Below, piece by piece: positions 40,849 through 50,313 of a DNA stretch of 64,000 nucleotides. Both the position numbers and the translations under genes were made by a program. Source of the stretch: Oopsacas minuta. Its lineage: Eukaryota > Animalia > Porifera. The notes under the pieces were generated by a model. It did not search any database. It saw nothing but the letters and a program-made list of their open reading frames with translations, and was not told where the DNA came from. Location of the stretch: contig JAKMXF010000312.1 of NCBI GenBank assembly GCA_024704765.1, forward strand, positions 124,001-188,000. Reading direction: 5' to 3'. Position 1 is the stretch's first letter. Every line of letters starts with the position of its first letter.

Positions 40849-43221
40849 ATGGTAGAAACTGACACCTCAAAACATGGACAAGTTAGGGAGCTAATACTAG
40901 CCTCTGTCTTAGACGCGGTGAAACAATGTCAGAGACATTTCGGAGCTGGCCAGGGGGTCGCGACAGAAACGGACCATAGGGTAACGAATCTTTTAAATAG
41001 TTTTGATAGTTGTCTGTCTCATGGGGTCAGACGTAAGGCGGGGAAACTCAAACAAGCGTTCGGACGCCGTGAAGAATCTGGTTCTTTCTGGCCCGTAGTC
41101 AAAGAAGTGTTGAGCGAATTCCAATTCCAAAGATTGAAAAGTGTCGTTCAAGCTGAACGAAGTATTGACTTCTCTAAAGAAAATATGGGCATGGTGTGGC
41201 TTAAGGTGGCACTGAATGAGCGTAACCTTCAAACTATTCTAACAACTTTACTCTCTGATAGACCACTTGTACTTAGATACTACGATGAACATGCTTTCAT
41301 TCGAGACGAAGAGAAAGCGTCTGTTATACCCACGAGTGCTGCCGGGCTTGGATCTGTCATTTTTGCGCTCAATGTGTTTCCAGATACCAGAGTAGGGACC
41401 CCACCTCGTAGTGACGAGAGGAGACAGTCTCCCACCCTACAGTACTCAATGGTACATACCATGAACGGAAAATCTAGCCCACTACTAACAAATAGTGTCG
41501 TTGTGGCTGATAGACAGCTGACTTACAAAACTGACCCACTTATACAGAGTGAGAAAATCTCTACTTACTCTACCCCTAGCTCTTCTGTTTCACAACCTTC
41601 AAATTTCTTACAGGGGGACTTCACACCTGAACCGGTCATAAATGTACCGGTACAGGAAATAGTTCGGAGAGACAGCAAACGTAGAAAGGCTAAAATTAGA
41701 TTTGGAGACACAAGCGAGATTGTACAGCGTCATAAACATAAGATAGATGAATGGAGTGGTTCAATAACTGCCGACACAGATTTGACACCTACTAGTCAAA
41801 CTATTCAGGATACTTTTCAAGGTGTGAATAATGTGTCGCATTCAAATTCAGACAGATATGGGAATGGACTCTTGGAAACGTTTCCAGAAGAATCTAATCC
41901 TACTCCTGATCTATCCGACAGATCTTCAGACTCAGAGGATCAAACAGGATCGATTCCAAAGTTTGTTGGAGAACTCAGCTCTTCTCCTTACAAAATATCT
42001 CACCTCAGTTCTATTTATACTAACCACAAACTGGAAGGCCTACTATCAACCTCACCAGGCAATCAATTGCACGCTTCTACACAGGAAGCTCTCGATGCGA
42101 CAGCTGTTGCTCTAGGGGCCTCTACGGTTGGAAAACGACCGAATTTTCAGGACACAACAAGATTGGCGCCGAGCCAGTCCCTTTCTGAAATGTCACGGGG
42201 AGACCTTGAGGCGCTAATGGTGACTGTTAGTAAACAAAATGAAAAGATAGGTGACAAGAATAAACAACAACAAATCGAACTAGATCGTGAGCAGAGGATA
42301 AATGGAATGCTACGAGATGAAATAGAATTAGAAAAATCTGAAATGAAGCGAAGAGAAGAGGAGTTATCCATGAAGGTATCATCAATCTCCCGTGAGAACG
42401 ATCTCCTTAAGGGTCAACTTAAGAAGTACGTGGGTATAGTACAATCTATGGAGATCAAAGAGGCCATGGGTGTCTCCCGCGGGGTCTCTCTTAACACCCC
42501 ACAGGGTGTCAAAGAATATGCCAACCAGGACAACGAGAAGATACTACAGCTCTCTGATATGTATGGCGAATTAATGGAATTGAACGAAAGGTTGCACAAA
42601 GATTTGATTCTCAAAAACAGAGTAATATTATGTATGCAAGACACAATGTTATCGTTAGGCCTACAATTGCCTACTTTTAATTGCCCGCGCGCGGTAGAAC
42701 AAGACAGCAACGAGTTTATGGCAGAAGGAATTCTAAAACGCGAAATTGTGAAGATATGGATACCATCTGCTTTTCTAAGAGAAGAATCTTTTCATGTTTA
42801 TCAAATATATATCCGTATCCATAACGACGAGTGGAATGTCTATCGTCGCTACACTGAATTCCACGAATTCCACCACCAATTACGCAAAAAGGTCCCAACT
42901 ATTGATAAATTCAATTTTCCTCCTAAGAAGAATATCGGAAGGAAGGACGCGAAACTGGTGGAGGAAAGGCGACAGCGGCTGCAGAGCTATTTGCGTTACA
43001 TGGTGCATCTATTGAGTAACTCTACCTCATTATCAAAACCAGCTATATTCACCGAGAATCTTACAAAACAGAAGTTTCTAGAATTATTACCGTTTTTCTC
43101 AGATTTCAGTGACGCTACTGGGTCCAGAAGTTCATCCCCTGCTGTCGGTCTAGGTGCTGGAGGTAGAAGAAACTCCGCTCAGTTACCACCGCCCAAGTCA
43201 CCGACGTATAAAGGTCTTTGA
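40849..43221 (+). CDS. SNX29: Sorting nexin-29 (RUN, coiled coil, PX), intronless
   Basis: RUN (CLSHG...FWPVVKE...WLKVALNER...YYDEHAFIRDEE), coiled coil, PX (IWIPSAF...HVYQIYIRI...WNVYRRYTEF...FPPKK...ERRQRLQSYL). Confidence 0.9.
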   Translation: MVETDTSKHGQVRELILASVLDAVKQCQRHFGAGQGVATETDHRVTNLLNSFDSCLSHGVRRKAGKLKQAFGRREESGSFWPVVKEVLSEFQFQRLKSVVQAERSIDFSKENMGMVWLKVALNERNLQTILTTLLSDRPLVLRYYDEHAFIRDEEKASVIPTSAAGLGSVIFALNVFPDTRVGTPPRSDERRQSPTLQYSMVHTMNGKSSPLLTNSVVVADRQLTYKTDPLIQSEKISTYSTPSSSVSQPSNFLQGDFTPEPVINVPVQEIVRRDSKRRKAKIRFGDTSEIVQRHKHKIDEWSGSITADTDLTPTSQTIQDTFQGVNNVSHSNSDRYGNGLLETFPEESNPTPDLSDRSSDSEDQTGSIPKFVGELSSSPYKISHLSSIYTNHKLEGLLSTSPGNQLHASTQEALDATAVALGASTVGKRPNFQDTTRLAPSQSLSEMSRGDLEALMVTVSKQNEKIGDKNKQQQIELDREQRINGMLRDEIELEKSEMKRREEELSMKVSSISRENDLLKGQLKKYVGIVQSMEIKEAMGVSRGVSLNTPQGVKEYANQDNEKILQLSDMYGELMELNERLHKDLILKNRVILCMQDTMLSLGLQLPTFNCPRAVEQDSNEFMAEGILKREIVKIWIPSAFLREESFHVYQIYIRIHNDEWNVYRRYTEFHEFHHQLRKKVPTIDKFNFPPKKNIGRKDAKLVEERRQRLQSYLRYMVHLLSNSTSLSKPAIFTENLTKQKFLELLPFFSDFSDATGSRSSSPAVGLGAGGRRNSAQLPPPKSPTYKGL

Positions 43222-43565
43222 TGACGTTTGTAAATGCATTTAGGTGTTAAGATTGATTATGTATATTTGTGTTTTGTTTAATGCTATCTCACATTGTTTT
43301 ATATACATATTATCACCTCTAATTAAGTTATAAATATAACCATAAGAGTCGTGATGTTGGTCCAATTATTGTATGGGGCAACTTGACCAATTCGAATTTG
43401 GTTGCCTGTCCCTGATTAATGCCCAATATATTCCCATATTAATATAAAGTGGAACCTGCTACAACAGCCACTTGTCACCTCAACAAATGGCCACTTTCGC
43501 CCATTCCCTTGTGACAGTTATTGGCAAGTTCCACCGTGTTAATGTGACACCTTTCAAAGCATTGA

Positions 43566-45422
43566 TTACATAAAATTATCCAAGCAAAGTAGTTTCGCTA
43601 ATTTGTTAAGTTTCATTTCTATTTTTTGAATATTTCCAGCTAAGTTTGAGATTATTTTCGAAGAATCTTCCTTGGGATATTGTATTGTATCTAAATATGC
43701 TTCTATATCTGTGTGTATTTGAGGACATATTATTGATGTCTTTGTTGTTGTTTGTTGATATTCAAAAGGTGTTATGTTGTTAGTCCCGATTTCACACTTC
43801 AAACTGTAACTGAAACTTGCTAATTGGTTCAGTTCTCCTTTTGCAGTTTCACCTTTCGCTGTTTCTAATTCAGATCGCAATTTATGCTTGAGATTTTCGT
43901 TTTTTCGCAATATTTGCATAAATTCCTGTCTCTTGATTACGTAACCATGTTCCGATTTGGAAATCTGTTCTTGTTTCAGTTCCAATTGGGTCACTATCCA
44001 TTCAACCTCTTTAGATACTCTGGACAACATTTTCTCAATTGTCTCAATATCGTTTGTCTGCATTCTATTGGTGTCTAACTGTTGTTTAGATAAATATTTA
44101 CTCGCTTCATAGCAACCAGAAAGTATGCTAAAATTATTCACCTTTTCTAAAATTAGTAACAAATCATTTCCCTCAAAGTTTGCTTCGAGTTTTACGAGAA
44201 TTTTCATTAAATTCTCGTAATTTATTCTATATTTAGAATAAGCGCTAATATTCCCGCTCAATTCTCTTATTGCATAATCCAACTCGATACTTGATTGGTT
44301 CAATCTATGCATCTCATATTCTGCATTTTTCTGTGTTTCCATGGTAACGTCCTTTGTTGCAGTTTGTATTTTCATAATACTCTCTTTTATGATACTTTTC
44401 ACACCTTTTCCATATGGATATTTATTTTGCATCTCTTCAATAACATTCCATAAATTTTCTGTAACTACCCTGGATTGTTCTGATACTAAATTTAGTAACA
44501 AAGATACTTTCCTAATTTCTAATTTTGTCATTTTAAAGTCTGCACACAATTGTTGAATATTTTCATTCACTTTTTGGAAAGCTGAATTCTGCTTGGTATA
44601 CTTCATTAAAGTTGTTTCAAAGGAAATACTTTTTGAGAAGGAATCTTGCGGTTCTTCTTGCTTGAAAATGAAACAGAATGGCGGGAAACCGATTTGTAGA
44701 TTCCTCTTAACACCATACGGTGTCTCGTTGCCCGCCAAAAGTGTCACACTAGCCTTCACTGTATCATGAAATGTGTCTAGTTCCTCTTTACTGAATGATT
44801 TTTCGAAATAATCCGAGCTATAATCATAGCCAGAATATTCACTCATAAAAATAACCTTTTCAGAAATCAGATTCTTGGAAAGACAAACTAAAGTCGCCCA
44901 AAGTTTCCTCACAAGCACGCTATCTTCTTTTCTTCTGGTTAATTTCATTTCTTTTGAGGTGTCGGAAGGTGGCACAATTGTTCGTGACACTAAAAAAGGC
45001 CCAACAACGACACTAATACCATTCATCTTCAGTTCTGCCAACCAATCAGCTAATCGCTTTACCATCATATGAGCCGTATTAGCGAAAAATATTGAAAATC
45101 GAATTTTTGCAAATTTATATTTGGCGCCTATTTGATATAAGGTGTCATTAATTTGATCTTGCAATAGCGCATTTGGAAAATTGTTGATCCAAATTCTGTA
45201 TTCAATAATACAGTTTGTTGTTGTTTGTATATATTTGTTGATATTTTGTATTTGATCAATAATTCGCATGAAACGATCGTCAATGGATGAATCATGCGTA
45301 AAATGATCAGTAGCTATTTCCTTCTCATAATCTTTAGTTATTAGTATAATATGACACCAAACAAACGTGTTAGTTCCATTTATATCCCAGAATCCAATCC
45401 TCTCTTCTTCTGAATATTCCAT
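43566..45422 (-). CDS. Catalytically dead AID/APOBEC-like deaminase-fold domain fused to ~390-aa helical/coiled-coil tail
   Basis: The N-terminal ~200 aa align with the neighbouring deaminases: EYSEEERIGFW~DYSNEELHQFW; RIWINNFP~GIWITNSPC; IRFSIFFAN~VRLILFFSS; LADWLAELKMNGISVVVGPFLVS~LKDWILRLVQMKICIIIGPIIVS. HAE and both Cys are absent. Confidence 0.8.
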   Translation of the reverse strand: MEYSEEERIGFWDINGTNTFVWCHIILITKDYEKEIATDHFTHDSSIDDRFMRIIDQIQNINKYIQTTTNCIIEYRIWINNFPNALLQDQINDTLYQIGAKYKFAKIRFSIFFANTAHMMVKRLADWLAELKMNGISVVVGPFLVSRTIVPPSDTSKEMKLTRRKEDSVLVRKLWATLVCLSKNLISEKVIFMSEYSGYDYSSDYFEKSFSKEELDTFHDTVKASVTLLAGNETPYGVKRNLQIGFPPFCFIFKQEEPQDSFSKSISFETTLMKYTKQNSAFQKVNENIQQLCADFKMTKLEIRKVSLLLNLVSEQSRVVTENLWNVIEEMQNKYPYGKGVKSIIKESIMKIQTATKDVTMETQKNAEYEMHRLNQSSIELDYAIRELSGNISAYSKYRINYENLMKILVKLEANFEGNDLLLILEKVNNFSILSGCYEASKYLSKQQLDTNRMQTNDIETIEKMLSRVSKEVEWIVTQLELKQEQISKSEHGYVIKRQEFMQILRKNENLKHKLRSELETAKGETAKGELNQLASFSYSLKCEIGTNNITPFEYQQTTTKTSIICPQIHTDIEAYLDTIQYPKEDSSKIISNLAGNIQKIEMKLNKLAKLLCLDNFM

Positions 45423-45610
45423 TGTTGTGTGAGTATACACATACTCTTTGAGATAGATATGGAACTTTAGTATTTATTTCTATGGAGAGGGCTTTATGGT
45501 TACTGACTTTGTATGGCAGAAGCTGTATGTATATTAGCTCGTGTTGTATATATTGGATATATGCAGTTGTTCCTAGAAAAGTTATTCTTACATTTTACGG
45601 GATATTCCAT

Positions 45611-46522
45611 ATGCATTTTATCCGCAATTTCACACCTTTAGAAATTGACCGATTTCGGATAAATGATCCAACACAAACTGTTTGTGGTATTACTGCTTAT
45701 ACTGGAGTAAAGCGTAGTATGGTTACATTTGCGAACTGCCACTTGGTTGGTGGAGCAAAACATGCCGAAGTTGTGGCTTTTGAGACGATCAAATCCGCTA
45801 TTTTTCGGAGGTTACTAAGAGAATGGAAATCCAGGAAATATATCTTCCTCGAATTTTGTATTTGTCTTAACTACAGCCCTTGTTCCGCTTGCAGAGACGA
45901 GATCTTTAAATATATTGAAATGTTCCAGGAATGCGTCCCTCGCATTTCAATCCGTATTACGCTATTTTTCTCCTTTTTTAATCGTGAACTTGGTTCACGT
46001 GTAAACCTGAAAAATTGGATTATTAAATTACTAAATATTAAAGTTACTGTTCTAACGGGCCCAATCATTTTGAGTAAAGTACACCGGAAACTATCAGCAT
46101 ATGAGAAGAATCGAGATGGACAAGTAGAAGTTAAGTTCATAAGATTCATAAATTTGCTTGACGCAGGAATTTCTGTGTCAAACCTCACTGGAAACGGGCG
46201 GGAAATCAAATTGAAAGTTCTTTCTAGAGACTCTCTAATTATTTCTATTTATCAAAAAGATCATCCTTACTATTCTCAATTAATTCCGAGATATTCTTCT
46301 TTAATAGAACGCGAACATAACAATCCAAGAATTGCTATCAAAACCCCGAAAATTCTTGATTATATTAAGGAAGGTTCTAAACCTGACACCCCTAAAATAA
46401 AGACAAAACTGAGAATTAGAATCAGAAGAAACCAAATGTCCTCAAAGCGATTTAGGAAGTTTAAGCAGCGAAACGCAAGAAATATGAGATTTACAATCAA
46501 GTCATTCTTTCCCTACAAATAA
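45611..46522 (+). CDS. AID/APOBEC-like zinc-dependent deaminase, copy 1 (likely start MHFIR), long basic C-tail
   Basis: QTVC...KHAEVVAFE...LNYSPCSAC...ITLFFSFF...NWIIKL...GPIILS. Confidence 0.85.
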   Translation: MHFIRNFTPLEIDRFRINDPTQTVCGITAYTGVKRSMVTFANCHLVGGAKHAEVVAFETIKSAIFRRLLREWKSRKYIFLEFCICLNYSPCSACRDEIFKYIEMFQECVPRISIRITLFFSFFNRELGSRVNLKNWIIKLLNIKVTVLTGPIILSKVHRKLSAYEKNRDGQVEVKFIRFINLLDAGISVSNLTGNGREIKLKVLSRDSLIISIYQKDHPYYSQLIPRYSSLIEREHNNPRIAIKTPKILDYIKEGSKPDTPKIKTKLRIRIRRNQMSSKRFRKFKQRNARNMRFTIKSFFPYK

Positions 46523-46714
46523 ACTTCCAAAGTATTTCCCTAATTTGTTGTTGTTTACTTTGAAAGTTATATTTATATTTGCTCTTATTTATTCACACGT
46601 ATTTCTGTCGATTCATATTATTTACGATGATTTACTTATCTGATATCTTTGATATTTATGTTATTCACACTTTGCATTAATCTCATAAATAGCTATATTT
46701 TTCAACCTTAATAG

Positions 46715-47467
46715 ATGCTACCAAATAAAATCACTAAATTCGAAAATATTGAAAAGGAACAGTTTTGGCTATGCAACAAACCAAACACTTTATGTAGAAT
46801 AGTGGTTTGTGTAAGAAGCAGTGCTAATAAGGACGGCTCTGTTGTATTTGAACGGTATTCAAAACCTTTTGACCAACTGCATGCTGAATTAAGTACACTT
46901 AGATTTGTAGCAGATAATCTATATACATATTTAGAAGATGTCTCGATCGACAATTCTACAGTTTTAGATGTTATTATTCGGATTAATAATTCCCCCTGCT
47001 CGGAGTGTCAAGATCCACTCATAGGCCTTTTGCTTGAAATCAAGAGCATGTTAGCTGAAGCTCATTTCCGATTTATTTTGTTTTTCTCGAATTTCTATGA
47101 GAAGTGTGAATTAGGCGTTAGGAATTTTTGCAATTGGATGCAAATATTAGTTGCTAATGATATTATTGTTATTGTCTGTCCGCTTTTTGTCGATACAATG
47201 GTTCCAAAACCATTCAAAGCTGATGAAATGATTCTTCCGAATTATTTAGGTCAGAGTTGTATTGACGATTTTAGGCAAATTCTGTTCTGTATTGACTCTC
47301 AAAAGTATCCATTTCCCGTTTTCACTAGTCATGAATTCTTTCGAAAAAGCTACCCAGTTGACAGGTCACTATTTGGTTGGGAAAATCCTCATTTTATCTC
47401 TTTATGCCCCAACGGTGCACCTCATCACCTTTCTAAACTACAGATTGAGTCGGAATTCTTTGAGTAA
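46715..47467 (+). CDS. AID/APOBEC-like deaminase, copy 2
   Basis: QFW...NTLC...LHAELSTL...INNSPCSEC...FILFFSNFY...CPLFVDTMVPKP. Confidence 0.88.
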   Translation: MLPNKITKFENIEKEQFWLCNKPNTLCRIVVCVRSSANKDGSVVFERYSKPFDQLHAELSTLRFVADNLYTYLEDVSIDNSTVLDVIIRINNSPCSECQDPLIGLLLEIKSMLAEAHFRFILFFSNFYEKCELGVRNFCNWMQILVANDIIVIVCPLFVDTMVPKPFKADEMILPNYLGQSCIDDFRQILFCIDSQKYPFPVFTSHEFFRKSYPVDRSLFGWENPHFISLCPNGAPHHLSKLQIESEFFE

Positions 47468-47860
47468 TTTGATACTTTAAACATTTCTAACTCTAAGTTT
47501 CACTTGTTAATTACTTTCTAAACTTTTCTAATTTGTAACTCTTTTCATCTTCATATTATTTACCTATTATAATTGATCTCAAAATGATATAGATTATATT
47601 ATTCCTCTTTTGTTTGGAAGTAAATACATTTTGTGTAGAGTGGTACTCGCATAAATCGAAGCTCAAGGTCTTCTTGGTTATGCAGGTGTCGGTTATGCAA
47701 TATTGCTCCACTAAAATATGCCTATACAGATATTCATAGGTGTTTGGAAATCCATTTTCTGAATGCTATTAATGAGTTAATGAAGCATAACGAATGGGCG
47801 AAGCTATATTAGTTTGCATATGAATATGGATGTAGCCATTATATTGTATTCAGATAATAT

Positions 47861-48667
47861 ATGTTTGCAAATATTTCTACTTTTTCCAGTTTTCAGAGAA
47901 ATCAGTTTTGGCATTCTTATACTGCGAAACAACAACCCACAACAATATGTAGAATATCTACTATTTTAAAGATAAGAAATCACAACAAAATGTTAGTTAC
48001 ATGCTCAACAACAGCAAGTGTCAAACGTCATGCTGAAGTAGGAGGTACAAATGTTGTTAGTAGACTATTGCTCTCTGACAAATCGTTACATAAGTATTTA
48101 GATAGTGTCATAGACATTAACATACTTCTCAACAACAGCCCGTGCCGTGAATGTCAACTTCATCTTTTGAAAAAAATAATAGCAGTAAAGGAAAACTTAT
48201 CGAATATTCAGTTCCGATTAATTCTATATTTCACTAATTTATACTGTGGGAAAGGTGCCAGAATTGATGAAGCTTTAGATCGGCTAAGTAGATGGATTAT
48301 GAAACTAGTGAATGAAAGTTTTGTTGTTATTATTTGTCCAATTATTGTTTCTACAATGGTTCCAAAACCAAAAAGATTACCCAACAAACTAGGAACAGGG
48401 ATTGAGAAATATGATAAAAGTTGTATCAGAGACTTCAGGAAACTTTTGAAGAAAATTGAATTGATAAATTCAACTCTCAAAGTTTTTACAAGCAACAGAC
48501 TATTTCGTAAACAAATACCAATTAAAATGAGTTTGTTTACTTGGCGTAAACCACAGTTTATTTCTTTTTACCCTGATGATAAAGAAAATCTTTCCTATTT
48601 CGTGCTAAAAACTGCAACTCCAATTGTACGCAAAAAACCACGCAAAAGATTAACCCTCAATTCATAG
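47861..48667 (+). CDS. AID/APOBEC-like deaminase, copy 3 (C-terminal KKPRKR)
   Basis: QFW...TTIC...RHAEVGG...LNNSPCREC...LILYFTNLY...CPIIVSTMVPKP. Confidence 0.88.
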   Translation: MFANISTFSSFQRNQFWHSYTAKQQPTTICRISTILKIRNHNKMLVTCSTTASVKRHAEVGGTNVVSRLLLSDKSLHKYLDSVIDINILLNNSPCRECQLHLLKKIIAVKENLSNIQFRLILYFTNLYCGKGARIDEALDRLSRWIMKLVNESFVVIICPIIVSTMVPKPKRLPNKLGTGIEKYDKSCIRDFRKLLKKIELINSTLKVFTSNRLFRKQIPIKMSLFTWRKPQFISFYPDDKENLSYFVLKTATPIVRKKPRKRLTLNS

Positions 48668-49132
48668 GTACTATAAGCGATCCTCTCTTAAATGTGTTAG
48701 ATCGCACTGCTATATTTCTCATAATTGTTGCTCTTATAATTTCTATAATATTTCCTAAAAATTATTCATGCTCTAACCTAGTGATAATAACTGATAATTG
48801 GAATGCAAAGTTGGCATTTTTGGGACATTTTCACCTTTTTGTATATTTGATTATATTATTTCTATTACATTATTCATATTCTAACGCAGCGGTTCCATGA
48901 ACCCCTTGAGAGTCCACAGGATCAATTGCAGCCTATAGGAGGGGTGTCAGAATGAGAAAGGTCTACTCAAACGTAGTGATAATAACTGTGTACTGTAATA
49001 TACGAATTCACAAAGTACAAATATGTTTATGTACTTGTAGACCCCCTCCCGTAGGCTCCAATAGATCCTGTGTACCCTGCTGTCGTCCTTGACCCCGGTC
49101 TTGTTAAAGGAACCGCTAGATTTTAGCAATAA

Positions 49133-49942
49133 ATGGGATCTTTTCGGAAAAAGAAGGAAATTGTCAAATTTACTCAACGAGAGAAGGGATTTTTTTGGTT
49201 AGCATATAAGCCACCATTGACCGTGTGTAGAGCAGTTATATGCTTGAAGACCAGTTCTGGGGGACAATATCCCAAACCAGCAAGTTCTATATCTGGTAAC
49301 TCTCATGCAGAGGTTCGTGCACTTGAAAAACTTGGACCCAGATTGCCAAAATATCTCAAGAAAAATTATGATCCTTCCGATGATTCTACTGTAATTGAAC
49401 TTGTACTTAGACTTAATAACAGTCCATGTCATGACCATTGTCAAGCTTGTATTACATATTGGATTAAAGATATTCAAGAGTTATTACCTGGGGTACCATT
49501 CCGTTTCATTTTGTTGTTCTCAAATTTCTATCTTGAGTCCCAATCTCAATGTCCCATCAATACAGTCTTAGACTACCAAGCTAGATGGATCAAAGAATTA
49601 GTAGAAATGGGAGTTATTGTTACCCTATGCCCAATTGTTGTCTCTCAAATGGTTCCCCGACCTTTTAATACAACCGTCGATTCTAGATATTTTAGAAAAA
49701 ATGATCCAATCCTGTTGCAAAATTTCAATCTGCTTTTGAAGAAATTTTCTCCAAAAAAGAAAATCAAAACCTTTAGGAGCAAACATTTCAAACAAAGTGT
49801 AAACAATATCAATCCGCACGATTTCACTAATATACCAGCATTTTTCTCCGTTTATCCCGCATCTGAAATGAATTCTACACTCTGCCAATTACCCTCAGAA
49901 TATTCTATCCCGAAAATAGCCAAAAAGTCTGCTCGGTTCTGA
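49133..49942 (+). CDS. AID/APOBEC-like deaminase, copy 4 (PCHDHCQAC variant)
   Basis: FFW...LTVC...SHAEVRALE...LNNSPCHDHCQAC...FILLFSNFY...CPIVVSQMVPRP. Confidence 0.88.
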   Translation: MGSFRKKKEIVKFTQREKGFFWLAYKPPLTVCRAVICLKTSSGGQYPKPASSISGNSHAEVRALEKLGPRLPKYLKKNYDPSDDSTVIELVLRLNNSPCHDHCQACITYWIKDIQELLPGVPFRFILLFSNFYLESQSQCPINTVLDYQARWIKELVEMGVIVTLCPIVVSQMVPRPFNTTVDSRYFRKNDPILLQNFNLLLKKFSPKKKIKTFRSKHFKQSVNNINPHDFTNIPAFFSVYPASEMNSTLCQLPSEYSIPKIAKKSARF

Positions 49943-50313
49943 ACAGCTCTTAATGCCATCTAACAATTTGAATTTTATTCTATCAAACGTATTTTAGAAT
50001 TTTTTCCTTATTTATTCACTTGTTGTGTCTATCTGTATTTCATGCTCTAGCCTAGTGATAACAACTGATAATTGTAATGCAAAGCCGCAAATACAAGTAA
50101 ATTCGCTGTAAGCACTTTTTGTGCCATCTACCATCTACCACGAATTATCCACAATTAATAGTATGCGCTAATACGCTTATAAATGCTAAGATTATTTCTA
50201 ACACATTTATTGCTCTAAAATCTTTTTGGATTGATTTATCAGGAATATTTTCTAATCAGGTTTGCGAGTATTTGTTTATTTGTTTGTTTATGATTGATTT
50301 ACATATTGTACAG

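Noticed and set aside
45482-45610. N-terminal extensions of deaminase ORFs (also 50119-50313)
   Set aside because: They have no counterpart in the paralogues; the first lies in the divergent-promoter gap and the second includes an intron-like GTTT segment ending in CAG just before ATG 50314.
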